Under the pieces are notes generated by a model that was not told the DNA's origin, made no database searches, and saw nothing but the letters and a program-made list of their open reading frames with translations. A stretch of 64,000 nt of DNA, from NCBI GenBank assembly GCA_965140415.1, contig OZ223209.1, positions 2,688,001 through 2,752,000 of the forward strand, in the 5' to 3' direction. Below, in pieces: positions 31,793-40,166 of this stretch. Each line of letters opens with the position of its first letter. Position 1 is the first letter of the stretch. The translations under genes were made by a program, and so were the position numbers. This DNA comes from Myxococcota bacterium (GTDB lineage: Bacteria; Myxococcota_A; SURF-8).

Positions 31793-32860
31793 TTAAAAAA
31801 GGAGATACGCTGCAAAAGAACATGCAACGGGAATTGTAAAGTTGTCGTCGATGCGTGAAGTGAATACTTCGGCAACAGCTCCGGTGATTGAGATGATCAT
31901 GGCGCAGAAAAGCGCATAACCAAAGCTGAATTGAGGCAAAGCCAGCAGAATGAAGATCAAGGAAGAAATAAGTCCTACGGCAAGAAAGACGCTGGTGCCG
32001 ACATAGCTTTTGTCTCGATACAGTTTGACTCGTCCCCATAGCTTACCTGTAATTGTTGCTGCTGGATCGGCGAAAGCCAGCACAACCACACTGACCTGAG
32101 CAACCGATCGATCGAACAGAGTGCAAATCAACAATAGGGCTGTAACATAGTAACTCGCCGAATTGATGTGGTGTTTTTCAAAAGGTCGTGCAATTTTGCC
32201 GAACACTTTTTCAACCAGGAAGGTGTTCCAGCGTTCGGAATAACGTCTGCTGATTTCCAGGGACACAACAACGGTCATCAAAATTCCGAGAATCCAAAGT
32301 ACCTGTGTCCTGGTAAACAGGAATTGATAGACCAACACGCTACCTGCTCCCATGCAGACATGAAAAATGTTGCGTGGGTAATTGATCGGTTTCAGGTAGG
32401 CGCTACGAGAAAGCTTTTCAACTTTGGAAAGACGCAGGTTCTTTAATGTGACTAGCAGATCTTCGTACCCATCCGCCATCGATTGATAAAGATCCTGTAA
32501 TTTTTTTACATTCGGCTTTTCCGCTAATTCCTGGGCGTAAACGGTCAGGGATTCACGCAACTGTTCAACTGTTTGATCGAAGGAATCATGTGCTTCGCGA
32601 GAGTAGGCTCTTAATGAATCAGCCAGTTCCCCCAAGGAATCGTTCAGTAATTCACGCTTTTCCGACAGCGTTTCTTCAAATACTTCCTGTATTTGCACCA
32701 ATCGTAACGCAAGCTCTTCGCAAACGTCATGGATTGACTCTTTCCATGAGTGGTCAGACAGATCCGGTCGTTGAATGTTAGAAACAAACATACGCAAATC
32801 GTCCATGAGCTCGTTCAATTGTTCATTCAATAGTTCTTCACGACTTGCAACATTTTGCAT
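31793..32860 (-). CDS. CTP-dependent lipid kinase (diacylglycerol/phytol/dolichol kinase-like) with N-terminal helical domain
   Basis: RNIFH, FADPAATITGK, KSYVGT and IDDNFTIP motifs; multi-TM. Confidence 0.78.
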   Translation of the reverse strand: MQNVASREELLNEQLNELMDDLRMFVSNIQRPDLSDHSWKESIHDVCEELALRLVQIQEVFEETLSEKRELLNDSLGELADSLRAYSREAHDSFDQTVEQLRESLTVYAQELAEKPNVKKLQDLYQSMADGYEDLLVTLKNLRLSKVEKLSRSAYLKPINYPRNIFHVCMGAGSVLVYQFLFTRTQVLWILGILMTVVVSLEISRRYSERWNTFLVEKVFGKIARPFEKHHINSASYYVTALLLICTLFDRSVAQVSVVVLAFADPAATITGKLWGRVKLYRDKSYVGTSVFLAVGLISSLIFILLALPQFSFGYALFCAMIISITGAVAEVFTSRIDDNFTIPVACSFAAYLLF

Positions 32861-33158
32861 GGATGAGTTTCCTTCGTAAAAGTGTGAGCGGTACGTGTTC
32901 TTTTAGCAAGAGAGCCCATTTACATCGGGGCATTATCTAAAACAAAACATAAATTGTCAAGGTCAACAATTTGTGTTTTGTTAAAAGCAACTTGTTTCGG
33001 GGGTGGAAACACGGCAAAATTCATGTCATTTCCTCCGCGACGTAAATAAAAAAAAGTATAACGTTTTTAATCGACGTTCTTGACCGAAACATGCAAGTCC
33101 TGTATCATTACTCCAACTTTTTATTGAGGAAAGCAGGGATATCACGAAGGAGGCGAGA

Positions 33159-34064
33159 ATGAAGAAGTGCCCGAACTGTGAGGCCGGGAATCCTGATGAT
33201 GCAACTTTTTGCATGAGCTGTGGTTACGACCTTGTTCAGACGAGCGCAGAAATGGCTCCCCCGCCTGTGGACGAGCAGATCTGTTCCAATTGTGGCACCT
33301 CGAATCCTTCCGGTGCCTTGTTCTGCACGCAGTGCGGCAACAAGTTGGGAGATGCAAAAGAGAGTGAAGGCAGTGGAAAAACAATGTTTTTCGGTGCCAT
33401 GCAAGAGAAGGGGCGCGCAAAGCTGGTGCTTATCAAGGGCGGTGGATTTGAAGGCGTTTCCTATAATCTCAACAGCACGGACCATATGACGGGGCGCACC
33501 GAAGGTTTTATCCTTTTCCCTGAAGACGAGTATTGTTCACCTAAGCATGCCAATTTCTTCTACTTCGGCGGGAAATTCTTTGTAAGCGACGAGGCCAGCC
33601 TAAACGGTGTATACGTACGTATTAAATCACCGGTCGAATTGAAAGATGGGATGCGCTTCCGTGTTGGCGAGCAGGTTTTCCTTGCCAATATTGAAAAGGA
33701 GCTTCCGGCTTATAAGGATCGCAAGCTGGGGGATGACGGAACCAAGTTCTTGGGAAGTCCAACCGAATTCGAACCGGGCTTGAAGCTGACACAGTTGATG
33801 GAAGAGGGGCGTATTGGCGCCGTGATGTATCCTCGCAAGGAAATGCTGACGATTGGTCGCGATGGCTGTGACTTGAATTTTCCAAACGATGGATTCATTT
33901 CAGGCAAGCACGCTCGCATCACAAAATCCGGCGGCAAGTACTTTTTGGCCGACAACGGGTCCAAAAACGGTACTTTCTACAGAATTACCCAGGAGCAGGA
34001 ACTGTTCCACGGCGATTATGTTTTCATCGGTCAGCAATTGCTACGAGTGGAAATAACGCAGTAG
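33159..34064 (+). CDS. Double zinc-ribbon plus two FHA domains
   Basis: CxxC...FCxxCG twice; GR...S..HA...SLNG and GR...SGKHA...SKNGT. Confidence 0.88.
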   Translation: MKKCPNCEAGNPDDATFCMSCGYDLVQTSAEMAPPPVDEQICSNCGTSNPSGALFCTQCGNKLGDAKESEGSGKTMFFGAMQEKGRAKLVLIKGGGFEGVSYNLNSTDHMTGRTEGFILFPEDEYCSPKHANFFYFGGKFFVSDEASLNGVYVRIKSPVELKDGMRFRVGEQVFLANIEKELPAYKDRKLGDDGTKFLGSPTEFEPGLKLTQLMEEGRIGAVMYPRKEMLTIGRDGCDLNFPNDGFISGKHARITKSGGKYFLADNGSKNGTFYRITQEQELFHGDYVFIGQQLLRVEITQ

Positions 34065-34103
34065 AAGTTAAGTTCCAGATAAACGGAACTTTACTAGCGA
34101 GGG

Positions 34104-34138
34104 AACAAGGGAACCGCTTCTGGCTGTTCCCTTGTTTC
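34104..34138 (+). terminator. Hairpin downstream of the FHA gene
   Basis: AACAAGGGAAC-N11-GTTCCCTTGTT. Confidence 0.6.
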
Positions 34139-34273
34139 GTATGAGAAGAAGGAAGCGGGACGTTGCTATTATGGTATTGATTAGTGGGAGTCTTCTTAGT
34201 CGTTTCCTTAAAAGTGACTGAGGTTAAATAAGAATCAAGAATTGAAGCTTCCCTAAAAAAAGAAAAAGAATTG

Positions 34274-34301
34274 TTGACAAGTTCTTTATAATCGGTAAAA
34301 T
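34274..34301 (+). promoter_or_regulatory. Stable-RNA sigma70 promoter for tRNA-Ala
   Basis: TTGACA-N16-TAAAAT with an upstream A-tract; boxA-like GATCTTTAAAA at 34337-34347. Confidence 0.7.
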
Positions 34302-34355
34302 CCATCTCGCTTCGTTGCAGAAATTGCAGCGGAAGAGATCTTTAAAAGTTGAATT

Positions 34356-34431
34356 GGGGCTATAGCTCAGCTGGGAGAGCGCTTGAATGGCATTCAAGAG
34401 GCCGGCGGTTCGATCCCGCCTAGCTCCACCA
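34356..34431 (+). tRNA. tRNA-Ala(GGC)
   Basis: GGGGCTA...TAGCTCC-ACCA acceptor with G3:U70, anticodon arm CTTGA-ATGGCAT-TCAAG, GTTCGAT T-loop; 76 nt. Confidence 0.97.
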
Positions 34432-34435
34432 AGAA

Positions 34436-34470
34436 AATCAAGGACTTAGCGAATTCGCTAAGTCCTTTTT
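34436..34470. promoter_or_regulatory. IHF-consensus site overlapping a 28-bp perfect palindrome/terminator at the att junction
   Basis: AATCAAGGACTTA matches WATCAANNNNTTR; AAGGACTTAGCGAATTCGCTAAGTCCTT is palindromic and followed by a T-run. Confidence 0.65.
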
Positions 34471-34475
34471 TCTTG

Positions 34476-35663
34476 TCAAATTGACGAATATTGACAAAGG
34501 TGCACGGAAAGCCGCGCCAACTCCGCAATCTCCTCGTTCTCGTGATTCAGGAATTTCCTTCCCAACTCTTCCAGTCTGGCTCGCTCGTGATCCATGCTGG
34601 CCAGGTTCATCTGGCGACTCAGATAGATCGAAGTCAGATGCGAGTACGTGTCCATCGTCGTGCGGACATTCGTGTGCCCGAGCACTGCCTGTGCTGCCGG
34701 AATGCCTCCTCGCATGACCAGATTGGACCCACAGACATGGCGTAGGCTGTGCATGTCGAGTTCGGGGACTCCTGCCCGCCGACACGCCGCCTGTAACCTC
34801 CGGTGCAGATCGGTCCGCAGCTTGGGATACAGGAACTCGGATACCGGACGCCCTTCCACGGCCGGTTCGAGATGGGGGATAGCCACGTCCGGAATGCTCA
34901 GCACCCGCGGTTGTCCATTCTTGGGGCCCTTGATGTACTCGCCGCCCTCTTTGCCGTAAATCCGGACACGCGCCCGGCGGATGTACAAGAGCTTCTTCTG
35001 AAGATCGATATCCTCGATCCGCAGCCCCATGACTTCCTCGCGGCGCAGACCGCAATAACCTGCCAACACCAGACCCGGCCGGGCGCTATCCGATGCCTGT
35101 GCAAAGACACGCTCCAGGTCCTGGCTGTCGAGGATTTCGACCACCTTCTTCTTCCTGCTGAAGGATTGCTTGAAAGGCGACTTCGATAGCCAGCCTGCCT
35201 GGACCGCCGCATTCAGGACGATGGATAGCAATACACCGACATGCTCGCGCATGGACGGGGCGTCAATCTGCTCCAACTCCGCTTCAATCCGCTCCCTTGT
35301 CATCTTCTGAAGCCGAGTCTCCCGGAGTTCCTGCCCGATACGCTTCCAGCAGTTGGTATACGTGGCGATGGTCGTTTTCTCCAAATTCGGGAAACGTTCC
35401 GTGCTCCAATGATCATACCACTGACCAAGTGTAGCATCCCGCTCCGTCGCCAACGGCAGTTCGGTGGCTTCCTTCCTGAGCAACAGCGCCTTTTCGTAGA
35501 CTTCCTCCAGCGCACTTTCATCCCCAAGCACCTTCCGAATGACCTTGCCCTCCCGCCGGTAATCGAACTGAATCGAGCCAGACTTCAAGACCCTCAACTT
35601 CCCAGGGTACAGTTTCGTGTTCATTTTGCGCAGACGTCCCTCTTGACGTTTGGATAACGCCAT
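34476..35663 (-). CDS. int: Tyrosine recombinase/integrase
   Basis: Catalytic residues present: CGLRREE, PKNG, HSLRH, LGH...DTY. Confidence 0.93.
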   Translation of the reverse strand: MALSKRQEGRLRKMNTKLYPGKLRVLKSGSIQFDYRREGKVIRKVLGDESALEEVYEKALLLRKEATELPLATERDATLGQWYDHWSTERFPNLEKTTIATYTNCWKRIGQELRETRLQKMTRERIEAELEQIDAPSMREHVGVLLSIVLNAAVQAGWLSKSPFKQSFSRKKKVVEILDSQDLERVFAQASDSARPGLVLAGYCGLRREEVMGLRIEDIDLQKKLLYIRRARVRIYGKEGGEYIKGPKNGQPRVLSIPDVAIPHLEPAVEGRPVSEFLYPKLRTDLHRRLQAACRRAGVPELDMHSLRHVCGSNLVMRGGIPAAQAVLGHTNVRTTMDTYSHLTSIYLSRQMNLASMDHERARLEELGRKFLNHENEEIAELARLSVHLCQYSSI

Positions 35664-35697
35664 TTTCTCCTCCTATGCTTTCGGTGATTATGGTGAT

Positions 35698-35737
35698 CGC
35701 TGTAGCCCGGAACCCGGATAGGCTCCGGGCTACAGCG
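35698..35737. terminator. GC-rich hairpin between xis-like gene and int
   Basis: CGCTGTAGCCCGGA-N12-TCCGGGCTACAGCG. Confidence 0.6.
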
Positions 35738-35765
35738 TTTAGGTTCTATTTCCCTTATGCCTCAA

Positions 35766-36005
35766 TCACAGCGGCTTTTGCGTCTGCTGCACCAGGTAGC
35801 GCACCAGGTCGTCCTTCCAGAGCAACTTTCGCGAGCCAATGGTGGTGATCTCCAGCCCCTTTGGCGGAGAATATAAGACCGACCGGGACACTGGGATGTT
35901 GGTCTCCCTGCCGATGCGGTCCAGGTCCTTCCGCGCCAAAAGGTCGGGAAAACGCTCCAATAGGGCGTGTACACGCTCTTCCAGATTGTCGTCCACCGAA
36001 CTCAT
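35766..36005 (-). CDS. Putative excisionase (Xis/RDF-like)
   Basis: 79 aa, directly upstream of int; VSRSVLY...TIGSRKLLWKDDLVRYL resembles the Xis winged-helix pattern; GGGAG RBS. Confidence 0.6.
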   Translation of the reverse strand: MSSVDDNLEERVHALLERFPDLLARKDLDRIGRETNIPVSRSVLYSPPKGLEITTIGSRKLLWKDDLVRYLVQQTQKPL

Positions 36006-36091
36006 GACAAACTCCCGGTTCGCAATAATTTGGCTAGGCAATTGCTCCTGATCCTACTTTCTGAGCAGAGACTCGATTTCACTGCTTCCAT
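36002..36091 (-). CDS. 29-aa leader ORF translationally coupled to xis-like gene
   Basis: AAAGGAG RBS 6 nt before ATG; MEAVKSSLCSESRIRSNCLAKLLRTGSLS; stop overlaps the next start (ATGA). Confidence 0.4.
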   Translation of the reverse strand: MEAVKSSLCSESRIRSNCLAKLLRTGSLS

Positions 36092-36152
36092 GTCATGCTC
36101 CTTTCATCTGCGATGTGAATAACCCACGCGACGTCGCTTGGAGCATAACTAC

Positions 36153-36168
36153 AGCAGCATTCGTGCCA
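36153..36168 (-). promoter_or_regulatory. sigma54 (-24/-12) promoter facing xis-int
   Basis: Minus strand TGGCACGAATGCTGCT, i.e. GG-N10-GC with perfect TGGCACG. Confidence 0.75.
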
Positions 36169-36238
36169 TAACCGCAACTAGCCGGAATGACACATGTTGT
36201 GGCATTGTTACTAGGTCTGGGGATTGCAGAATTCACGA

Positions 36239-36270
36239 TTGGAAAGAATTCAATGCCATTTGGAAAGGAT
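36239..36270. promoter_or_regulatory. Candidate bEBP enhancer: TTGGAAAG x2, 21-bp period
   Basis: Copies at 36239 and 36260, about -97 to -125 from the predicted sigma54 start. Confidence 0.55.
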
Positions 36271-36325
36271 AATATCGAGAAAAGGACATCGCCCTTAGCT
36301 GGAGAGTGCTATCTGCTTGTAATAG

Positions 36326-38104
36326 TTACTCAACTGACTGTTTTGAACTCTTCCATGTTGAGTATTTTGCTTCAGTTTCTCCAGCAATCTCTGCAACTCT
36401 TGCTCCGAAGCCAGCATTTGGAGCCCAACCTTCCTGTTCCGCAATCTGTTCGGCGATCATCCATAAATAGCGCTCTATCTCCTCTTTTTCGAGAGAGCTC
36501 AAATATGATTTTAATTTTTCTTCGATTTCCAGATTCTCAACATGTATGGTTTTATTATGAGTCTTATTGACAGCTCCCATAATTGTAGTCTCTAGCTTTC
36601 CTACATTCCCCGTCCAATCATTGAGAAGCAGAGCCAAGCGAGCTTCTTTTTCTATTCTATCTACGCCCGTATTAACCAAAAACGATTTGGCAAGAGGCAT
36701 AATATCCCCCTTGCGTTCTCTTAATGGTGGAATTTCAATCTTGCATTGAATTCGTCGCTTAAGATCGTGCAAAATCTTACCGTTTTGTACAAGTTCCTCA
36801 ATATCCAGGTTACAAGCCATAATTGCCAATACATCCGCTCGGTAAGGATCCAAACCAAGCGGCTCGACTTCCTCCCCATCCATGATCACTTTGAGATGTT
36901 CCTGAATTTCAATCGATGAGTTCTGGAGTTCGTCAATAAACAGCGTCCCTTTATCGGCCTGCTTCAGCTTGCCGATTTCTGCTTGGTCACCTCTGTTGGG
37001 ATAATCCTTTGCCCTTCCAAGTAATTCTCCTCTCAATAAATTTGCATCTCCCTTGTCACCTTTATCAGCAGCACGAAAGATTACAAATTTGTGCGACCTC
37101 CGGCTCGCGATTAGCTGATGGATCAATCTCGCGACGTAGGTTTTTCCCGTTCCTGTTTCTCCAAGCAGGAGCAGGTTTGTTGGAGGAACGCGAGCATCCA
37201 CAACACTAACAAATATCTCCTTGATAAATTCGTAGAACCCTGGACTGTTGCCTACCAACTCCTTTCCCCATTTGCTTTCAGAAATTCTTTTTTGATAGGC
37301 GGAGAGTTTTTTGGACCAATTCACGTCCGACGTGCATATTTGGTTGAAAATCCTTCCTCGAACGAATTCTGGTAGGGGGTCGGAATAATCTCGGATGACT
37401 GGGCCCAAACAGTTATGATAATACGTTAATATCTCTTCATCTTTATAATCGCAAAAAATCGTGTATCTACCCTTTACCCAATCAATCGCAATGTGATCCA
37501 CCCAGATTTTCCCTTGCTCCTGTTCTTGAGAACAGTATTCATGTTCAATGATAAAGTGATCGCCTTGATCATCATGAAAATAAGTGCTCCTGTCATAATA
37601 ACTGGGAAACGAGAACTTGTTGAGCAGCCTTATTAAGCTTCGAATTTGAAAAGGGGCTAGTTTTCTTTGAGTATCGCTTGAGAACTCTTGACTTTCAGCG
37701 TTGACCTCCGAATTCGCTTTCAACAGCTCTTCTGCTCGATCAAACGCTTCGGGACTGAAGGCGCTGGTCATGAGTGCGAGTTCAACAGGTTTCATATTGG
37801 GTATTTCTTGATAAAAGTGGATTCCACCTTTCTCGTTTATCGAGATCAATAAACATCTAAAACCTTCCGCATGGGCCAACGAGTCCACTCTGTCAAAAAG
37901 CAGACTCAGTGGTTCCGATATGGCTACGGGCAATTTTTCAATGGAAGACAGGATTTGATTTGAGCGCAATGGTTTGGGAAAATGCTCAGAAAGGTTCGGT
38001 AATTCAAGAGAGCTGGATGCTCGCCGGAAAAAGTCTTCCCAGTACTCTACATCAATGTCAGCTAGCCGTTCCCAACTGGCTTTTTGTGACTCCGGCATGA
38101 TCAA
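36326..38104 (-). CDS. Atypical sigma54-interaction (bEBP-type AAA+) protein
   Basis: GETGTGKT, GTLFIDE, IPPLRER, W.GNV..L; GAFTGA loop replaced by KDYPNRG; unrecognised ~270-aa N-terminus; C-terminal HTH-like segment; AT-richer than its neighbours. Confidence 0.85.
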   Translation of the reverse strand: MIMPESQKASWERLADIDVEYWEDFFRRASSSLELPNLSEHFPKPLRSNQILSSIEKLPVAISEPLSLLFDRVDSLAHAEGFRCLLISINEKGGIHFYQEIPNMKPVELALMTSAFSPEAFDRAEELLKANSEVNAESQEFSSDTQRKLAPFQIRSLIRLLNKFSFPSYYDRSTYFHDDQGDHFIIEHEYCSQEQEQGKIWVDHIAIDWVKGRYTIFCDYKDEEILTYYHNCLGPVIRDYSDPLPEFVRGRIFNQICTSDVNWSKKLSAYQKRISESKWGKELVGNSPGFYEFIKEIFVSVVDARVPPTNLLLLGETGTGKTYVARLIHQLIASRRSHKFVIFRAADKGDKGDANLLRGELLGRAKDYPNRGDQAEIGKLKQADKGTLFIDELQNSSIEIQEHLKVIMDGEEVEPLGLDPYRADVLAIMACNLDIEELVQNGKILHDLKRRIQCKIEIPPLRERKGDIMPLAKSFLVNTGVDRIEKEARLALLLNDWTGNVGKLETTIMGAVNKTHNKTIHVENLEIEEKLKSYLSSLEKEEIERYLWMIAEQIAEQEGWAPNAGFGARVAEIAGETEAKYSTWKSSKQSVE

Positions 38105-38154
38105 CCCCTTTTCTGAATATAAAGATGCTTTATTTTATAAGAATATCCTTATGT

Positions 38155-38228
38155 TTGGAAAGAAAATAGCGTTACTTAGAAAGGATTTCAAGCGATTTGG
38201 AAAGCATTTGTCCCAATCTAAATTGGGA
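38155..38228. promoter_or_regulatory. TTRGAAAG x3 (21-bp period) plus palindrome upstream of the bEBP gene
   Basis: Copies at 38155, 38176 and 38197; TCCCAAT-ctaa-ATTGGGA at 38211-38228. Confidence 0.55.
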
Positions 38229-38310
38229 TTCTTTTAGGCCCCCCCCTAGGCTCGGCCGATCCGACAGCGGCTCAAAACCAGTCCGGAAAGATCCGCCGCG
38301 AATCCGTCCC

Positions 38311-39084
38311 TTACATCACGCCCAGCACCCAGCCTTCGATCGACTGCGCAATATGGTGCTCCGCATCCGTCAACTGCGGATGAAAGTACGCCTCTAGGCG
38401 ACCGGTACGGTCCATTTCGGATAGCCAGCGCGACACGGCATAGGCGTCGTGTTCGTGGGAATTGCGATCCTCTCGCGGATAGCGGCGGCTGAACATAGAT
38501 GGATAGATTTCCGCTATGACCGATTTGTTCTCCGGCGGCGTCCAACCATCAAAGGGCCAGAAATGGACCCGGTCGCCGATTTCCTTTCGGATGTGGGCCA
38601 ACCAGGGGATGCCCGCCCAGCTCGACTTTCCCACCGTGCCTGGACCGTCAAAGCGGAAAACGCTCTTGGCACTTGGTGTCCAAGTTTCCGTGATACACAG
38701 TTCGTCTGGAAAACCGCCCGGTGGCGGTGAGTCGTAAATCTCCCACAGCATGTCGACGTAAACGGCTTCATGAGCGGGCCACAGGCGGGGAAAGACTTCC
38801 AGCAACTGGTTCCAATCGCGCACGCCCTGGCGTTTGAACCAGGCAAGAGGCAAAGAGAAACAATGGTCGATACCAACGATGACGCGCTGCAAGTGTAGTT
38901 GTTCTATTAGCCACTCGGCAATGATCCGTCGGGACCATTTCTGAGGACCATGTGGTCGGGCGTCAGGAGTGGGGACGCGTCGGGGTTCCTCGCCTTGGGC
39001 GGATTGATAGACAGCCAGTCCCTTCAGGCGGCTTTCAGCCGTTTCTGCCCCGGAGTAGTCAATACCGATGTATGAGTCGTACAT
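38311..39084 (-). CDS. RNase H-fold hypothetical protein (DUF429-like)
   Basis: YIGIDYSGA, VGIDHCFSLP, HFWPFDG, AEIYP, HEHDAYA, EGWVLG. Confidence 0.65.
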   Translation of the reverse strand: MYDSYIGIDYSGAETAESRLKGLAVYQSAQGEEPRRVPTPDARPHGPQKWSRRIIAEWLIEQLHLQRVIVGIDHCFSLPLAWFKRQGVRDWNQLLEVFPRLWPAHEAVYVDMLWEIYDSPPPGGFPDELCITETWTPSAKSVFRFDGPGTVGKSSWAGIPWLAHIRKEIGDRVHFWPFDGWTPPENKSVIAEIYPSMFSRRYPREDRNSHEHDAYAVSRWLSEMDRTGRLEAYFHPQLTDAEHHIAQSIEGWVLGVM

Positions 39085-39146
39085 GGTTTCACCCAAACTT
39101 TTTACGTTTCGGAGGTCGGACGCAAACGAAAATCATGCAAAGTACC

Positions 39147-39360
39147 TTACCGTTTGACGAACATGCGAAAAAACTCCTGAAAGGAAGAACAGTCATCCGT
39201 ATCCCGCATCGTCACCCATCCACCGAAGCGATATCGTCGCCAGCATTTGATCCCGTCAATGAACACGGGGTTGTCACCGCCATCGTATGACTGAATGACT
39301 AGTATGCTGGAGTTTTCATTGGCTTTCTTCATCGCTTCCTTCGCTTCCGGATACTGGCTG
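39147..39360 (-). pseudogene. 3' remnant of an unknown gene joined to the IS4 fragment
   Basis: Frame reads QYPEAKEAMKK...DGIKCWRRYRFGGWVTMRD...; upstream sequence is transposase. Confidence 0.4.
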
Positions 39361-39861
39361 CAAGGCCTGCTGCTCGACGGCAACCATCGACCCTTCGCCG
39401 CTGTGGCGCACGATGGTCTTCCACCAGATCGGCAACGCCCGACCGTCTCTGGGCAGGGCGGCGCACAAGGTCTGATAGCGACCGTATTCGGTCCAATCGA
39501 GCAGGATGACGACCGGTGCATTGGGAGGAGCCAACTCGTTGGCGAGGGTCTGCTGGATGGATTCGATTTCCAGCCGCGCGTTGCGAAAGAAGCGCCAGAC
39601 GCGCTTAATGGCATGTTTGGCTGTAGTGCGGCTCTGCATCGCCCGTCCCAGGGCTAGCACGCCTGCTCCGGTCATGCACATGGCCGCCGCAACCACACTG
39701 GCCAAAGTTTTTTGACGTGATCGACGCATGGGCTTTACATGGCGCTCGATCCAGTAGAAAATGGCATGGGGACTCGTCATGGATCACCTCATTATGGAAA
39801 CTAGACACTTCCGATGTTACTCCATGGCAAGTCCCTTTCAAAATTACTGGGGATAGGTCAG
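39361..39861 (-). mobile_element. Truncated IS4-family (IS10-like) element: left end plus 5' transposase
   Basis: TAKHAIKRVWRFFRN, LLDWT, GRALPIWW; terminal CTGACCTATCCCCAG at 39861-39847; ATG at 39780. Confidence 0.75.
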
Positions 39862-40166
39862 ATCCGGTAACCACACCCCGATTATTCTATTGACAGCAAA
39901 TACAGACCTTTGTTATATTCCTCGGTAAATAATCAACAACGATCAAAAATCAAAGCAGTACTTTCAGGGGTCACTTTCATATTTGTCTCGGCAAACGGCG
40001 AGCCTGCACGCGATGTATCCCACATTAAGTGTGGAAGCGTGAATAATCCTGGCGGGTATGGTATTGAAATATACGAACGGAAATACTGAAAGTCGTTGCG
40101 AATAATAGGCTGATTGTGCCTTTTTAGGCTTCCGATACCTTTTCTCGAGCGCATGGGAGAAATAGA

